Below, in pieces: positions 8,454 to 18,828 of a stretch of DNA of 64,000 bases; positions within the stretch are counted from its first letter, which is position 1; every line of letters begins with the position of its first letter. The notes below the pieces were generated by a model that did not search any database, had not been told where the DNA came from, and saw only the letters and a program-made list of their open reading frames with translations. The stretch comes from an uncultured Collinsella sp. GTDB taxonomy: Bacteria; Actinomycetota; Coriobacteriia; Coriobacteriales; Coriobacteriaceae. Location of the stretch: the NCBI GenBank assembly GCA_902496845.1, contig CABVCJ010000001.1, forward strand, positions 12,129 through 76,128, given 5' to 3'. Made by a program: the position numbers and the translations under genes.

Positions 8454-10643
8454 ATGAAGAACATCCTGCATCTGTTTAGGCGCGATGTCCAAAACGTGTC
8501 TCGCTCCGTGATCGGCTTGATTGTCGTGATGGGCCTCATTATCGTGCCGTGTCTGTACGCGTGGTTTAACATCGCCGGCAGCTGGGATCCGTACGGCAAC
8601 ACCGGCAATCTTAAGATCGCCGTGGTCAACACCGATGAGGGTTACGAGAGCGATCTGATTCCCGTCGAGGTTAACGTGGGCGAAAACGTGACCGCCACCC
8701 TACGCGGCAACGAGAGCTTCGATTGGGTTGTGCTTAACGATCGCGAAAAGGCTATCGAGGGCGTTAAGTCGGGCGCGTACTATGCTGCCGTCGTTATCCC
8801 CAAAACGTTTAGCGCTGACATGATGACGCTTTTCTCGACCGACGTGAAACACGCCGATATCGAGTTTTACGAGAACCAGAAGGCCAACGCCATCGCGCAG
8901 ATCGTGACCGAGAAGGGTTCGAGCGCCGTTCAGAACCAGGTTAACGAATCTTTTACCGAGACCATTACGAGCATCGGTCTTAAGACGGTGTCCAGCCTGC
9001 TCGATTACATGAGCACCGACCAGGTCAGCAACTTTATCGCCAACCTGTCCTCGACGCTCGGCGATTCGATTGAGGACCTGCAAGACGTTCAGGCTAATGC
9101 TTCGTCGCTGGCGGGCATTTTGAGCTCTACGTCCGATTCGTTGACGTCGGCGAGCGGTATGCTCCAGCAGACGGGTACGGTCGATGAGTCGACCAAGCGG
9201 TTGATGGAGCATGCCAAGAGCGGCATGAGCGATTCCAAAGAAGCGCTGAAGGCCGCCAACGACGCCATCAACGCCGCGATTGACGGAAGCGCTGGCTCGT
9301 TCGACAACGTGTCCGCCGAGCTTGCGAAGGCATTCGATGCCGCGAATCAGCATGTTGACCTTACGGTGTCTCAGCTCAACGATGCCGCGGCGGCGCTCAA
9401 TACACGTGCCGACGATATCGACGCCACGGCCGACCAGCTCCGCAGCTTTGCCGATCAGGTGACTGACGAAAAACTCCAGGACAGCCTCAAGTCTGTGGCA
9501 ACATCGCTGAGCAGGATTGCTGTGGAGTATCGCAACAACGCCAAGGACTTGACGGCCACCGCGAAGTCTCTCTCTGACAGCATGGCAGAGGTTAATAAGT
9601 CGCGTGCCGAGGTCGATCAGGCAATCGCGGATGCCAAGGCTGGTATCTCGGGCGCCAAGACTGACTACGACTCTACGTTTTCGGCCAAGGCAAAGGAGCT
9701 CAAGAAGACCATCTCGGGCGTTTTGGATTCGCTGAACGGTATTTCGAACGATCTGGATAGTGCTGTTGCTGGCCTGACCGACGCATCCGGTTCGCTGGCA
9801 AAGGGCCTCTCCAAGGCTGCAAAGCTGGTCAACAAGGCTTCTGATCAGCTGGGCGAGGCGTCGGACAAGATCAGTGCCTTTAAGGACGAGCTCGACGGCG
9901 CCCTTATGTCGGACGATCTGGCCACGATCAAGACGATGATTGGCAATGATCCCGAGGGTTTGGCCGTGTCGCTTTCCGGTCCCGTCGCGCTCGATCGCAA
10001 GCCGGTCTATCCGATCCGCAACTACGGCTCGGCCATGGCGCCGTTCTACACGATTCTGTCGCTCTGGGTCGGCTCGATCGTGCTGGCGGCCATGATGAAG
10101 GTGTCGGTTGACGACGAACTCATCAATGAGTTAATCCCCGTGCGCTTGCACGAGATCTACCTGGGCCGCTACCTGTTCTTTGGCGGTCTGGCCCTGCTGC
10201 AGGCAACGCTCGTGTGCGCGGGCGACATCCTGTTCTTTGGCATTCAGTGCGACAACCCGCTGCAGTTTGTGCTGGCGGGCTGGGTCGCGAGTCTCGTGTT
10301 CTCCAATATCGTCTACACGCTTACGGTTTCGTTTGGCGATATCGGCAAGGCTTTGGCCGTTGTGCTGCTGGTCATGCAGGTCGGCGGTTCGGGCGGTACG
10401 TTCCCCATCGAGATGACCGGCCCTGTGTTCCAGGCGATCTATCCGTTCCTGCCGTTTACCCATGGCATTAACGCCATGCATGCCGCCATGGCTGGCGCCT
10501 ACCATATGGAGTACTGGGTTGAGCTGGGCATTCTGGCGAGCTATCTGATTCCGTCGCTGGCCCTGGGCGTCGTCTTCCGCCGTCCGGTCATTAAAGCCAA
10601 CGACTGGATCATCGAAAAGCTGGAATCAACTAAGTTGATCTAG
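8454..10643 (+). CDS. YhgE/Pip family membrane protein (copy 2)
   Basis: VPCLYAWFNIAGSWDPYGNT, NYGSAMAPFY, GSGGTFPIE; TAAATG coupling to the upstream paralog. Confidence 0.92.
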   Translation: MKNILHLFRRDVQNVSRSVIGLIVVMGLIIVPCLYAWFNIAGSWDPYGNTGNLKIAVVNTDEGYESDLIPVEVNVGENVTATLRGNESFDWVVLNDREKAIEGVKSGAYYAAVVIPKTFSADMMTLFSTDVKHADIEFYENQKANAIAQIVTEKGSSAVQNQVNESFTETITSIGLKTVSSLLDYMSTDQVSNFIANLSSTLGDSIEDLQDVQANASSLAGILSSTSDSLTSASGMLQQTGTVDESTKRLMEHAKSGMSDSKEALKAANDAINAAIDGSAGSFDNVSAELAKAFDAANQHVDLTVSQLNDAAAALNTRADDIDATADQLRSFADQVTDEKLQDSLKSVATSLSRIAVEYRNNAKDLTATAKSLSDSMAEVNKSRAEVDQAIADAKAGISGAKTDYDSTFSAKAKELKKTISGVLDSLNGISNDLDSAVAGLTDASGSLAKGLSKAAKLVNKASDQLGEASDKISAFKDELDGALMSDDLATIKTMIGNDPEGLAVSLSGPVALDRKPVYPIRNYGSAMAPFYTILSLWVGSIVLAAMMKVSVDDELINELIPVRLHEIYLGRYLFFGGLALLQATLVCAGDILFFGIQCDNPLQFVLAGWVASLVFSNIVYTLTVSFGDIGKALAVVLLVMQVGGSGGTFPIEMTGPVFQAIYPFLPFTHGINAMHAAMAGAYHMEYWVELGILASYLIPSLALGVVFRRPVIKANDWIIEKLESTKLI

Positions 10644-10844
10644 TTCAGCCACGTAAACGCCGTCGGAACATCGAGATCTTCCAACCCGATGCTTTAGCGT
10701 AGTGAATTGCACGGGCTGCTTGGTTGTTGCTACAGTAGCGGGGCGTGCCGGGGGTCCGGTGCGCCCTGTTTTTATTTGACCATGAGGCGGCACGCAGCCA
10801 TACGCGTGCGGACACCACGCCCAGATTGAGTGTGAGGATGTTCC

Positions 10845-11828
10845 ATGGCCCAATACGCTGCCAACGAAATCGAAAACATGCCCGATAGCCCTGTCGCACG
10901 GGAGGACCTGGGCGCCGGCGGCACCTCCCGCGGCGCCGGCGCGCGTTCCCCGTTCTTCTGGAAGGTCTTGCTGCTATCGGTGGCGGTTATCTGGGGCTAT
11001 TCCTTTACCACCATGAAAGATGCGCTCGACACCATTCCGGTGTTCGAACTGCTCTATATTCGTTTTCTTCCGGCTTCGCTGGTTATGTTCGCCATCTTCC
11101 ACAAACGCATCATCGCGCACTTTAATGCCCGCAACCTTATCGTCGGACTTGGTATGGGCGCACTTATGTGGGGCGCGTACGGTTTGCAGACGATTGGCCT
11201 GGCACAGACCACGGCGGGCAAGAGTGCATTTTTGACGGGTACCTATTGCATCCTCGTGCCGTTTGCGAGCTACGTCCTAAGCGGCGAAAAGCTTACCCGT
11301 TACAACTTGGGCGCCGCGTTGCTGTGCCTGGCGGGCATTGGTCTGGTGGCGCTCGATAGCGTCGAGTTCAATGTCGGCGATGTCATCACACTGGGCGGTG
11401 CGGTCTTCTTTGCCATCCAGATGGCGGTGACGGCCAAATACGGTCGCAAGATGGACATCAACGTCATCACGTTTTGGATGTTTGTGGGCAATGGCGTCTT
11501 GAGCTTGGCAACGTCGCTGCTATTCGAGACCCAAGCGCCCGCGTCCGTGTGGACGCCGAGCTTTATCGGTGTGATGGCGTTTCTATCGGTGGGCTGTACG
11601 TGTGTGGCTCTGCTCATCCAAAACGTCGGCCTGGCGCATGTCCCGGCCTCAACGGGCTCGCTGCTCCTTTCGATGGAGTCGCCTTCGGGTGTGCTGTTCT
11701 CGGTGCTGCTGATGGGGGAGGCGCTCACCTCGCGCCTGCTCGCCGGCTTCGCGCTCATCTTTCTTTCGATTATCTTGAGCGAGACGCATTTCGATTTTTT
11801 GCGTCGAAAGCCGCGTCCGCAATTGTAA
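10845..11828 (+). CDS. DMT/EamA family transporter
   Basis: About 10 TMs; IWGYSF, QTIGLAQTTAGKSAFLT, QNVGLAHVPAS...MESP duplicated EamA pattern. Confidence 0.9.
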   Translation: MAQYAANEIENMPDSPVAREDLGAGGTSRGAGARSPFFWKVLLLSVAVIWGYSFTTMKDALDTIPVFELLYIRFLPASLVMFAIFHKRIIAHFNARNLIVGLGMGALMWGAYGLQTIGLAQTTAGKSAFLTGTYCILVPFASYVLSGEKLTRYNLGAALLCLAGIGLVALDSVEFNVGDVITLGGAVFFAIQMAVTAKYGRKMDINVITFWMFVGNGVLSLATSLLFETQAPASVWTPSFIGVMAFLSVGCTCVALLIQNVGLAHVPASTGSLLLSMESPSGVLFSVLLMGEALTSRLLAGFALIFLSIILSETHFDFLRRKPRPQL

Positions 11829-11840
11829 ACAATTTGTTGC

Positions 11841-11865
11841 GCCGCCTCCCGGGGCGGCATTTTTT
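11841..11865 (+). terminator. Intrinsic terminator
   Basis: GCCGCCTCCCGGGGCGGC stem-loop followed by ATTTTTT. Confidence 0.65.
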
Positions 11866-11943
11866 ATGCGTCGCCCTTAAAGTAGTACCTTGCACTTTAC
11901 GCTATCAAAGTGCTTGCTGCAAAAACGTTACTGGAGGGCATCT

Positions 11944-13239
11944 ATGGCACCAGCACTGTCCGATCTTCAACCGCAATCAGCGCCCAAGGCCACCGCGGCG
12001 GCGCAGACCGCTATCGGTGACGGTCTTGTTGCAGAAGCTCAGGCTTTTGCAGACGAGCTCGCTGCGTGGCGACACGATTTACATCAGATGCCCGAGCTGG
12101 GTAACGACCTCCCGCAGACCTCTGCGTATATCCAAGCGCGCCTGACCGAGATGGACATCCCGTTTGCCACGCTCGTCGATGGTTCCTGTGTTGCGGGCCT
12201 TGTCGGTGCCGGTGCCGCCGCGGCCCAGGGCAATGGCGTCTGCACGGACGAACAGGCCGGAACGGTCATTATGCTGCGTGGCGACATGGATGCCCTGCCC
12301 GTTGCCGAGGAATCCAGCGAGCCCTTTGCATCCACCAACGGCTGCATGCACGCTTGCGGTCACGATATGCACGCGACGGCGCTGCTTGGTGCGGCTCGCC
12401 TGCTCAAGGCCCGCGAGGCCGAGCTCGTCGACGCCAATGCCACCGTCAAACTGCTGTTCCAGCCGGGCGAGGAGACCTTTGAAGGGGCACGCGCTGCCAT
12501 CGCCGATGGCCTGCTGCAGAACCCGCGTCCTCAGGCGGCCTTTGCCATGCATGTCAACAGCCAGTCGCCGCTTGGCCTGGTGCTCTACGGCAGTCCGGCG
12601 CTTTCGGGCGTGTACGGTTTCCGCATCACGCTCCAGGGCAAGGGCGGCCATGGCTCGAGCCCCGAGATCTGCATCGACCCCATCGCGGCCGGCGTCCATG
12701 TGCACCTGGCGCTCCAGGAGCTTATCGCCCGCGAGGTGCCGGCGGCCAAGGAAGTCGCACTTACCGTTGGTAAGTTTGCTGGCGGCTTGGCGGCCAACGT
12801 CATCCCCGACACCTGCGTGCTCGAGGGAACGCTGCGCGGCTTCGATGTTGAGCTCATGGAGCACCTCAAGACCCGCATCGCGGAGGTCGTTAACGGCGTT
12901 GCCACAACATATCGTACGCCGGCGACCATCGAGACGCTTTCGGATGTTCCGCCGCTTGTACTCGACAGCGATATGACTCAGGCGTCGCTTGGCTACGTGG
13001 GCGCAGTGCTGCCCAAGACGGCTTTCTTGCCGCTTTTCCATGCCATGGCGAGTGAGGACTTCGCGCTTATCTCGAGCAAGATCCCAAGTGCGTACTTTAC
13101 CGTGGGCGCGGCCGTAACCGACACGGACGAACACTTTGCCCAGCACCATCCCAAGGCACGTTTTAACGATGCCGAGCTGCCGCTCGGTGCTGCGGCTTAT
13201 ACCGCCGTCGCTTTGGGCTATATCGCCGACCACCGGTAG
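11944..13239 (+). CDS. M20D family amidohydrolase
   Basis: LHQMPELG, RGDMDALP, MHACGHDMH, FQPGEE, GKGGHGSSP, SEDF, HHPKARF; RBS GGAGG. Confidence 0.92.
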   Translation: MAPALSDLQPQSAPKATAAAQTAIGDGLVAEAQAFADELAAWRHDLHQMPELGNDLPQTSAYIQARLTEMDIPFATLVDGSCVAGLVGAGAAAAQGNGVCTDEQAGTVIMLRGDMDALPVAEESSEPFASTNGCMHACGHDMHATALLGAARLLKAREAELVDANATVKLLFQPGEETFEGARAAIADGLLQNPRPQAAFAMHVNSQSPLGLVLYGSPALSGVYGFRITLQGKGGHGSSPEICIDPIAAGVHVHLALQELIAREVPAAKEVALTVGKFAGGLAANVIPDTCVLEGTLRGFDVELMEHLKTRIAEVVNGVATTYRTPATIETLSDVPPLVLDSDMTQASLGYVGAVLPKTAFLPLFHAMASEDFALISSKIPSAYFTVGAAVTDTDEHFAQHHPKARFNDAELPLGAAAYTAVALGYIADHR

Positions 13240-13241
13240 CA

Positions 13242-13313
13242 CCCAAGATTGCCTTTCAAGCCTGCGGGCATGGCCGTAAGGCCTATGCCCTTGTCTTTCA
13301 AGGCAATCTTGGG
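13242..13313. repeat. ~72-bp nested hairpin between amidohydrolase and MFS
   Basis: CCCAAGATTGCCTT/AAGGCAATCTTGGG outer stem; GGGCAT-GGCC-GTAA-GGCC-TATGCCC inner stem. Confidence 0.65.
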
Positions 13314-13361
13314 CACTACCGGCGCCCGGCGCAGGCTATTCGTTTGTCTAAAAGGAGCAGT

Positions 13362-13811
13362 ATGCCCCAGCAGCGTAAGTTCTTCCCCGGCTGGCTCGTG
13401 GTGGCCTCCGGCTTCGTGATCATGGCCACGTGTTACACGATTTTTGTCAATTGCATGAGCCTGTTCCAGCCGCTGATCGTCAGCGACCTGGGTATTTCCC
13501 TTGCGCAGTACAACGTCTCCAATGCCATCTCCACCGTGGTGAGTGTCGTGGGTTCGCTCGTTATCGGTCATGTTGCCGATAAGGTGAGTGGCCGCGTATT
13601 GGGCTCGCTTACCGTTATCGCTACCTCGGCGGTGCTTGCCGGCATGAGCTTTGTCGGTGAGCTGTGGCAGGTCTACGTGCTCTTTGCCGTCTCGGGCTCC
13701 TTTGCGAGCACCTGGATCGTGTGCTTGGCGTGCTCCGTGGTCATGCTCGTGTTCCTGCTGGTATCCGAGCCCATCGCCGCCAAGCTGCGCGCGAACGTGG
13801 CGGGGGAGTAG
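13362..13811 (+). pseudogene. MFS transporter (MCT/OFA-like) with large in-frame internal deletion
   Basis: 149 aa; TM1-4 with motif A (GHVADKVSGR) joined directly to a TM12-like segment GSFASTWIVCLACSVVMLVFLL. Confidence 0.7.
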
Positions 13812-13846
13812 GCGTCCGTCGCTCTTTTCTGTTCGTCCCGTTCTGT

Positions 13847-13910
13847 CCGTGGCCGCCTTGGAAGCCGAATGGATGCTCGTACCATCATTCGGTTTCCAAG
13901 GCGGCCACGG
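13847..13910. repeat. 64-bp imperfect palindrome (REP-like)
   Basis: CCGTGGCCGCCTTGGAAGCCGAATG / CATTCGGTTTCCAAGGCGGCCACGG. Confidence 0.75.
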
Positions 13911-13920
13911 GCCTACGAAA

Positions 13921-13984
13921 TGATCCCTATTCCTCCGTCCCCAAGGGATCACGTGATCCGAAGGGGACGGAGGAAAAGGGATCA
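13921..13984. repeat. 64-bp palindrome, full member of the TGATCCC...GTCCCC family
   Basis: TGATCCCTATTCCTCCGTCCCC-AAG-GGATCACGTGATCC-GAA-GGGGACGGAGGAAAAGGGATCA. Confidence 0.75.
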
Positions 13985-14115
13985 CAAACAGCGGCGGCGC
14001 GTCTGGCCGAACGAGCCCCCATACCCTCGTTCGGTCAGGCGCGCCGCCGCGTTGCTGCTTTGTGCCGTATAATGTCCACTACCTATGACGCGATACAAAA
14101 GAAAGGTGTTTGCCC

Positions 14116-15429
14116 ATGCAGGCACAGAAGGCGGAGGGAACCCGCGACCTTATCGGCGCCGAGATGCGCGCCTGGCAAAAGATGCAGCAGATTGCGGCCG
14201 GCGTGTTCGAGCCGTTTGGTTTTAAACCCATCGAGACGCCCGCGATCGAGCAGGTTGACGTGTTTGTCCACGGTATCGGCCAGTCGACCGACGTCGTGCG
14301 CAAGGAAATGTTCCGCGTGTTCAGCGGTGCCAACCTGGAGCGCGTCTTTACCGAGGGCACCGACACCAAACTCAAGCCCAAGCAGCGCCTGGCACTTCGC
14401 CCCGAGGGCACGGCCGGCGTGGTGCGCGCCGTCGTCGAGAACAATCTGGTGCCCCAGGGCTCCACGCCGTTTAAGGCTTACTACGCCGAGGCCATGTTCC
14501 GCGGCGAGCGTCCCCAGAAGGGCCGCCTGCGCCAGTTCCACCAGGTGGGCATCGAGTGGCTCGGCGCTCCCGATCCGGCGGCAGACGCCGAGTGCATCAT
14601 CATGCTCATGGAGTTCTACAAGCGCCTGGGCTTCGATCTTTCCAAGCTTCGTCTGCTCATCAACTCGATGGGTGACGCCCGGTGCCGTCCGGCTTATCGC
14701 GAGCAGGTTAAGCAGTTCATCCTCGATCACGCCGACGAGATGTGCGATGAGTGCCGCGAGCGTGCCGAGCTCAACCCGCTGCGTGCCTTCGACTGCAAGA
14801 ACGACCACTGCCGCGAGATCATGGCCGAGGCTCCGCTGATGGGTGACAACCTGTGCGATGAGTGCCGCGAGCACTACGAGCAGGTCAAGCGCTATCTGGA
14901 TGCCGCCGGTATCGAGTATGTCGAGGATCCCACCTTGGTGCGCGGCCTGGACTACTACACCCGTACTGTCTTTGAGGTCGAGGCCCCTGGCGCCGGCGTC
15001 GGCTCCATCGGCGGCGGCGGCCGCTACGATGGCCTGGTCGAGCTCGAGGGTGGCAAGCCCACGGCGGGCGTCGGCTTTGCTGTCGGTTTTGAGCGCGCCC
15101 TGCTGGCCCTGCAGGCCTTTGGCAGCGATTTGGGTGCCGATGAGGCCCCGTGCGTCTATGTCGCCAACGCCGGCAAGGAGCTGCGTCAGAACGTCTTTGC
15201 CATTACGCAGGAGCTTCGCGCCGCAGGTATCGTGACCGAGGCCGACTATCAGGGTCGTTCGCTCAAGGCCCAGTTTAAGCAAGCCGATAAGGTAGGCGCC
15301 AAGCTCATCTTGGTCCTGGGTGGCGACGAGCTTGCCGCCGGCAAGGTCAAAGTGCGCGACATGCAGAGCCATGACGAGGTGCTCGCCGATCTGGACAACG
15401 TCGTCGAGGCGGTTCGCGAGCGCCTGTAG
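14116..15429 (+). CDS. hisS: Histidine--tRNA ligase
   Basis: GTRD, LRPEGTA, FRGERPQKGRLRQFHQ, LVRGLDYY, GGGRYDGL, GFERAL. Confidence 0.97.
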   Translation: MQAQKAEGTRDLIGAEMRAWQKMQQIAAGVFEPFGFKPIETPAIEQVDVFVHGIGQSTDVVRKEMFRVFSGANLERVFTEGTDTKLKPKQRLALRPEGTAGVVRAVVENNLVPQGSTPFKAYYAEAMFRGERPQKGRLRQFHQVGIEWLGAPDPAADAECIIMLMEFYKRLGFDLSKLRLLINSMGDARCRPAYREQVKQFILDHADEMCDECRERAELNPLRAFDCKNDHCREIMAEAPLMGDNLCDECREHYEQVKRYLDAAGIEYVEDPTLVRGLDYYTRTVFEVEAPGAGVGSIGGGGRYDGLVELEGGKPTAGVGFAVGFERALLALQAFGSDLGADEAPCVYVANAGKELRQNVFAITQELRAAGIVTEADYQGRSLKAQFKQADKVGAKLILVLGGDELAAGKVKVRDMQSHDEVLADLDNVVEAVRERL

Positions 15430-15674
15430 CGCATCTTTTTGAGCTTCGGGCCTGCTAACGTGCCCTGCTCATGGAGAGCGATTGTTACGGGGGTGTTTCG
15501 CTTTTATGCGGAATGCCCCCGTTTACGTATGCCGCCCACCGAGAAATACGACCATTTAGGGCAAAAACCTTTGCAATGCAGAAAATACTTTTGTGTGGTA
15601 AAGCGCAATCAGTGTCGAAAGTATTTCTCAAGCGCCTATAATGAATACCGCATGTTACGTGCATAGAAGGAGGA

Positions 15675-18500
15675 ATGGGAGGAAACGTGGCTGAGAACCT
15701 AAGCAACCAGTCTGTACCCGAAGCCGCGGCGCGTGTCGCTGCCGTGGTCAACCGCCTCGTTAACCGAATCGGCTCGAATGCCGAGTCCAGGGAGCGTCTC
15801 GCCGAGATCGAGATCCCCGAGGAGCTGCGCGACAATCTGGCGCTGTTCTTGCGCCTGGAGCGCCGTGTGCTTAGCGAGTATGATCCCGAGATCGCGGACC
15901 TGTTCGACAAGATTTTGACAGCCGAGATTGTGGTCAATGCCGGCAACCCCGGTACCTGCGCTGCCGACGAAGCCGTCGACGAGCAGGGCGTGCCCACCGC
16001 CGACGAGCCCACTGCCGTGGCATTTCGTGAGGTCGTCGATTTGATCGACAGCCTGCCGCTCGATAAGCAGCAGGTCATCGTTCGCGCCTTTACGAGCTTT
16101 TTCCATCTGGCAAACCTGTCGGAGGAGAACTACCGTGTGGCGCAGCTGCGCGAGCGCGAGGCCGGTGCGTCGACCGATACCGAGGTCGATCCTGCCAACG
16201 AGCTTACCGTTGCCTATCACCAGCTGGTGAATGAGCTGGGTGTCGAGGGTGCCAACGAGCTGCTCGACAAGCTCGAGTTCCACCCTGTCTTTACCGCACA
16301 TCCCACCGAGGCCCGTCGTAAGGCCGTCGAGGGCAAGATCCGCCGTATCTCCAACCTGCTGGAGGAGCGTCCGCGTCTGGGCGGCTCCGACCTGGTGGAG
16401 AACGAGCGCCATATGCTGCAGGAGATCGACGCCCTGGTGCGTACGAGTCCCATCGCGCTCAAGAAGCCCACGCCGGTCGAGGAAGCCGATACCATCATCG
16501 ACATCTTCGATAACACGCTGTTCGACGTTATCCCCGTTATCTATCGTCGTTTTGACGATTGGGTGCTGGGCGACAAGGCCGGTACTGTGCCGCCGCTGTG
16601 CCCGGCGTTCTTCCATCCCGGCAGCTGGATCGGTTCCGACCGCGACGGTAACCCCAACGTCACCGCCAAGGTGAGCCGTGAGGTCGCCGCCAAGTACTTT
16701 ACGCACATGGTGCTCAAGCTCGAGGACAAGTGCCGCCACATCGGCCGCAACCTCACGCTCGAGGCCACCTACAGCAAGCCGTCGGCCGAGCTCATTAACC
16801 TGTGGAACCATCAGGTCGAGATGAGCCCTCGGTACACGGCCCGCGCCGAGCTGATCTCCGAGCACGAGCCGCATCGCGCCGTCATGCTCGTCATGGCCGA
16901 CCGTCTGAACGCCACCGTGCGCCGCATCACCGACACCATGTACCACAGCGCCGACGAGTTCCTGGATGACCTGCGCGTCGTCCAGCGTTCGCTGGCCGCC
17001 TGCGGTGCCGTCCGTGCCGCCTACGGCCCGGTCCAGACCATCATCTGGCAAGTCGAGTCCTTCGGCTTCCATATGGTCGAGATGGAGTTCCGTCAGCACT
17101 CCGTGGTGCATGCCCGCGCCCTCAAGGATATCCACGAGAACGGTATCCATGGCGACCTGCAGCCCATGACGCGCGAAGTCATCGATACCTTCCGTGCTAT
17201 CGGCTCCATCCAAAAGCGCTACGGCAAGAAGATGGCGCACCGCTACATCATCTCGTTTACCAAGAGCGCCCAGCATGTGGCCGACGTCTTTGAGCTTGCC
17301 CATCTGTCCTTTGCGCACGAGGAGGATGTCCCCGAGCTCGACGTGATTCCGCTGTTCGAGCAGCTCGAGGACCTCGAGGGCTGCGTCGACGTGCTCGACC
17401 AGATGCTTACGCTCCCCGTGGTGCAGAAGCGCCTTGCCCAGACCAACCGCCGCATGGAGGTCATGCTGGGCTATTCCGACTCCTCCAAGGATGCCGGTCC
17501 TACCACGGCCATGCTCGCGCTGCACTCCGCGCAGGAGCGCATTGCCAAGTGGGCCGAGAAGAACGATATCGACTTGGTGCTCATGCACGGTCGCGGCGGT
17601 GCCGTGGGCCGTGGCGGCGGCCCGGCCAACAAGGCCGTGCTGGCTCAGCCCAAGGGTTCGGTCAACTGCTTCTTTAAGCTCACCGAGCAGGGCGAGGTCA
17701 TCTTTGCCCGTTACGGCAACCGCACGCTGGCTCAGCGCCATGTTGAGTCCGTTGCCGCCGCAACGCTTTTGCAGTCGGCCCCGAGTGTCGAGAAGACCAA
17801 CACCGAGACCACGCAGAAGTTCTGGGATATGGCCGAGAAGCTCAACGCCGCAAGCCACGAGCGCTATCTGGACCTGCTGAACACCGAGGACTTTACACCG
17901 TGGTTCTCGACCGTGACGCCGCTGACCGAGGTCGGTCTGCTGCCGATCGGCTCGCGTCCCGCCAAGCGCGGCTTGGGTGCAAAGTCGCTCGACGACCTGC
18001 GTACCATTCCGTGGATCTTCAGCTGGAGCCAGGCGCGCATCAATCTGGCTGCTTGGTACGGCCTGGGTACCGCCTGCGAGCAGTTTGGCGATCTGGACCA
18101 GCTTAAGGCTGCCTACCAGGAGTGGCCGTTCTTCCGCACCTTTATCGACAACATCGAGATGTCGATCGCCAAGACCGACCAGCGCATCGCCAAGATGTAT
18201 CTGCACCTGGGCGATCGCCAGGATCTGTCCGAGAAGGTCTTCACCGAGATGCAGCTCACGCGTAAGTGGGTCCTTGCCATCGTCGGTGACGAATGGCCGC
18301 TGCAGCGCCGCCGCGTGCTCGGCTGCGCCGTTCGCGTGCGTAACCCCTACGTCGACGCTCTGTCCATCGCCCAGGTCCGCGCCCTTCGCGAGGTGCGCAT
18401 GAATCAGGACGAGATGGCCGAGGAGAAGAAGGCCGAGTACATGAGCCTGATTCTTTCGACTGTGACCGGCGTCTCGGCAGGATTGCAGAACACGGGGTAA
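15675..18500 (+). CDS. ppc: Phosphoenolpyruvate carboxylase
   Basis: VFTAHPTE, GSDRDGNP, VMLGYSDSSKDAG, HGRGGAVGRGGGP, TEQGE, C-terminal LQNTG. Confidence 0.97.
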   Translation: MGGNVAENLSNQSVPEAAARVAAVVNRLVNRIGSNAESRERLAEIEIPEELRDNLALFLRLERRVLSEYDPEIADLFDKILTAEIVVNAGNPGTCAADEAVDEQGVPTADEPTAVAFREVVDLIDSLPLDKQQVIVRAFTSFFHLANLSEENYRVAQLREREAGASTDTEVDPANELTVAYHQLVNELGVEGANELLDKLEFHPVFTAHPTEARRKAVEGKIRRISNLLEERPRLGGSDLVENERHMLQEIDALVRTSPIALKKPTPVEEADTIIDIFDNTLFDVIPVIYRRFDDWVLGDKAGTVPPLCPAFFHPGSWIGSDRDGNPNVTAKVSREVAAKYFTHMVLKLEDKCRHIGRNLTLEATYSKPSAELINLWNHQVEMSPRYTARAELISEHEPHRAVMLVMADRLNATVRRITDTMYHSADEFLDDLRVVQRSLAACGAVRAAYGPVQTIIWQVESFGFHMVEMEFRQHSVVHARALKDIHENGIHGDLQPMTREVIDTFRAIGSIQKRYGKKMAHRYIISFTKSAQHVADVFELAHLSFAHEEDVPELDVIPLFEQLEDLEGCVDVLDQMLTLPVVQKRLAQTNRRMEVMLGYSDSSKDAGPTTAMLALHSAQERIAKWAEKNDIDLVLMHGRGGAVGRGGGPANKAVLAQPKGSVNCFFKLTEQGEVIFARYGNRTLAQRHVESVAAATLLQSAPSVEKTNTETTQKFWDMAEKLNAASHERYLDLLNTEDFTPWFSTVTPLTEVGLLPIGSRPAKRGLGAKSLDDLRTIPWIFSWSQARINLAAWYGLGTACEQFGDLDQLKAAYQEWPFFRTFIDNIEMSIAKTDQRIAKMYLHLGDRQDLSEKVFTEMQLTRKWVLAIVGDEWPLQRRRVLGCAVRVRNPYVDALSIAQVRALREVRMNQDEMAEEKKAEYMSLILSTVTGVSAGLQNTG

Positions 18501-18524
18501 TCGATAGCCCTGTAGTCGTTGTCC

Positions 18525-18651
18525 GGGGCGGCCGTTTGTTTTCTTTCCGGCGCGTCCTCGGACATGCAAGAAGCCCTCGCTGCGCACTTCGTGCGGCGAG
18601 GGCTTCTTGCGTCCTGCGGAATGCGCCGGAAAGAAAACAAACGGCGGCCCC
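18525..18651 (+). repeat. Cruciform structured repeat, copy 1 (REP/ncRNA-like)
   Basis: ~25-bp outer stem, GTCCTCGGAC and TCCTGCGGA mini-hairpins, 15-bp inner stem; core shared with 21575-21699. Confidence 0.85.
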
Positions 18652-18828
18652 TACGATGTCCGGTCTTCGGTGGATTACTTGCTGGGGAAATAAAGGCGCG
18701 CTTCGCGCGTTTGGAAAGGGCTTCGTGCTGCGGAGTGCATTCAGAGGGAAACCCGTCGGGTCCCTTCGTCCTCGATCTTCAGGGATTAAAGCTGAAGGGA
18801 ATAAGGCACGCTTCGCGCATAGCGTGGA

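Noticed and set aside
13812..14115. T-box riboswitch ahead of hisS (also checked ahead of aspS)
   Set aside because: No T-box consensus (TGGNACC) antiterminator or specifier stem seen; the hairpins match dispersed repeats.
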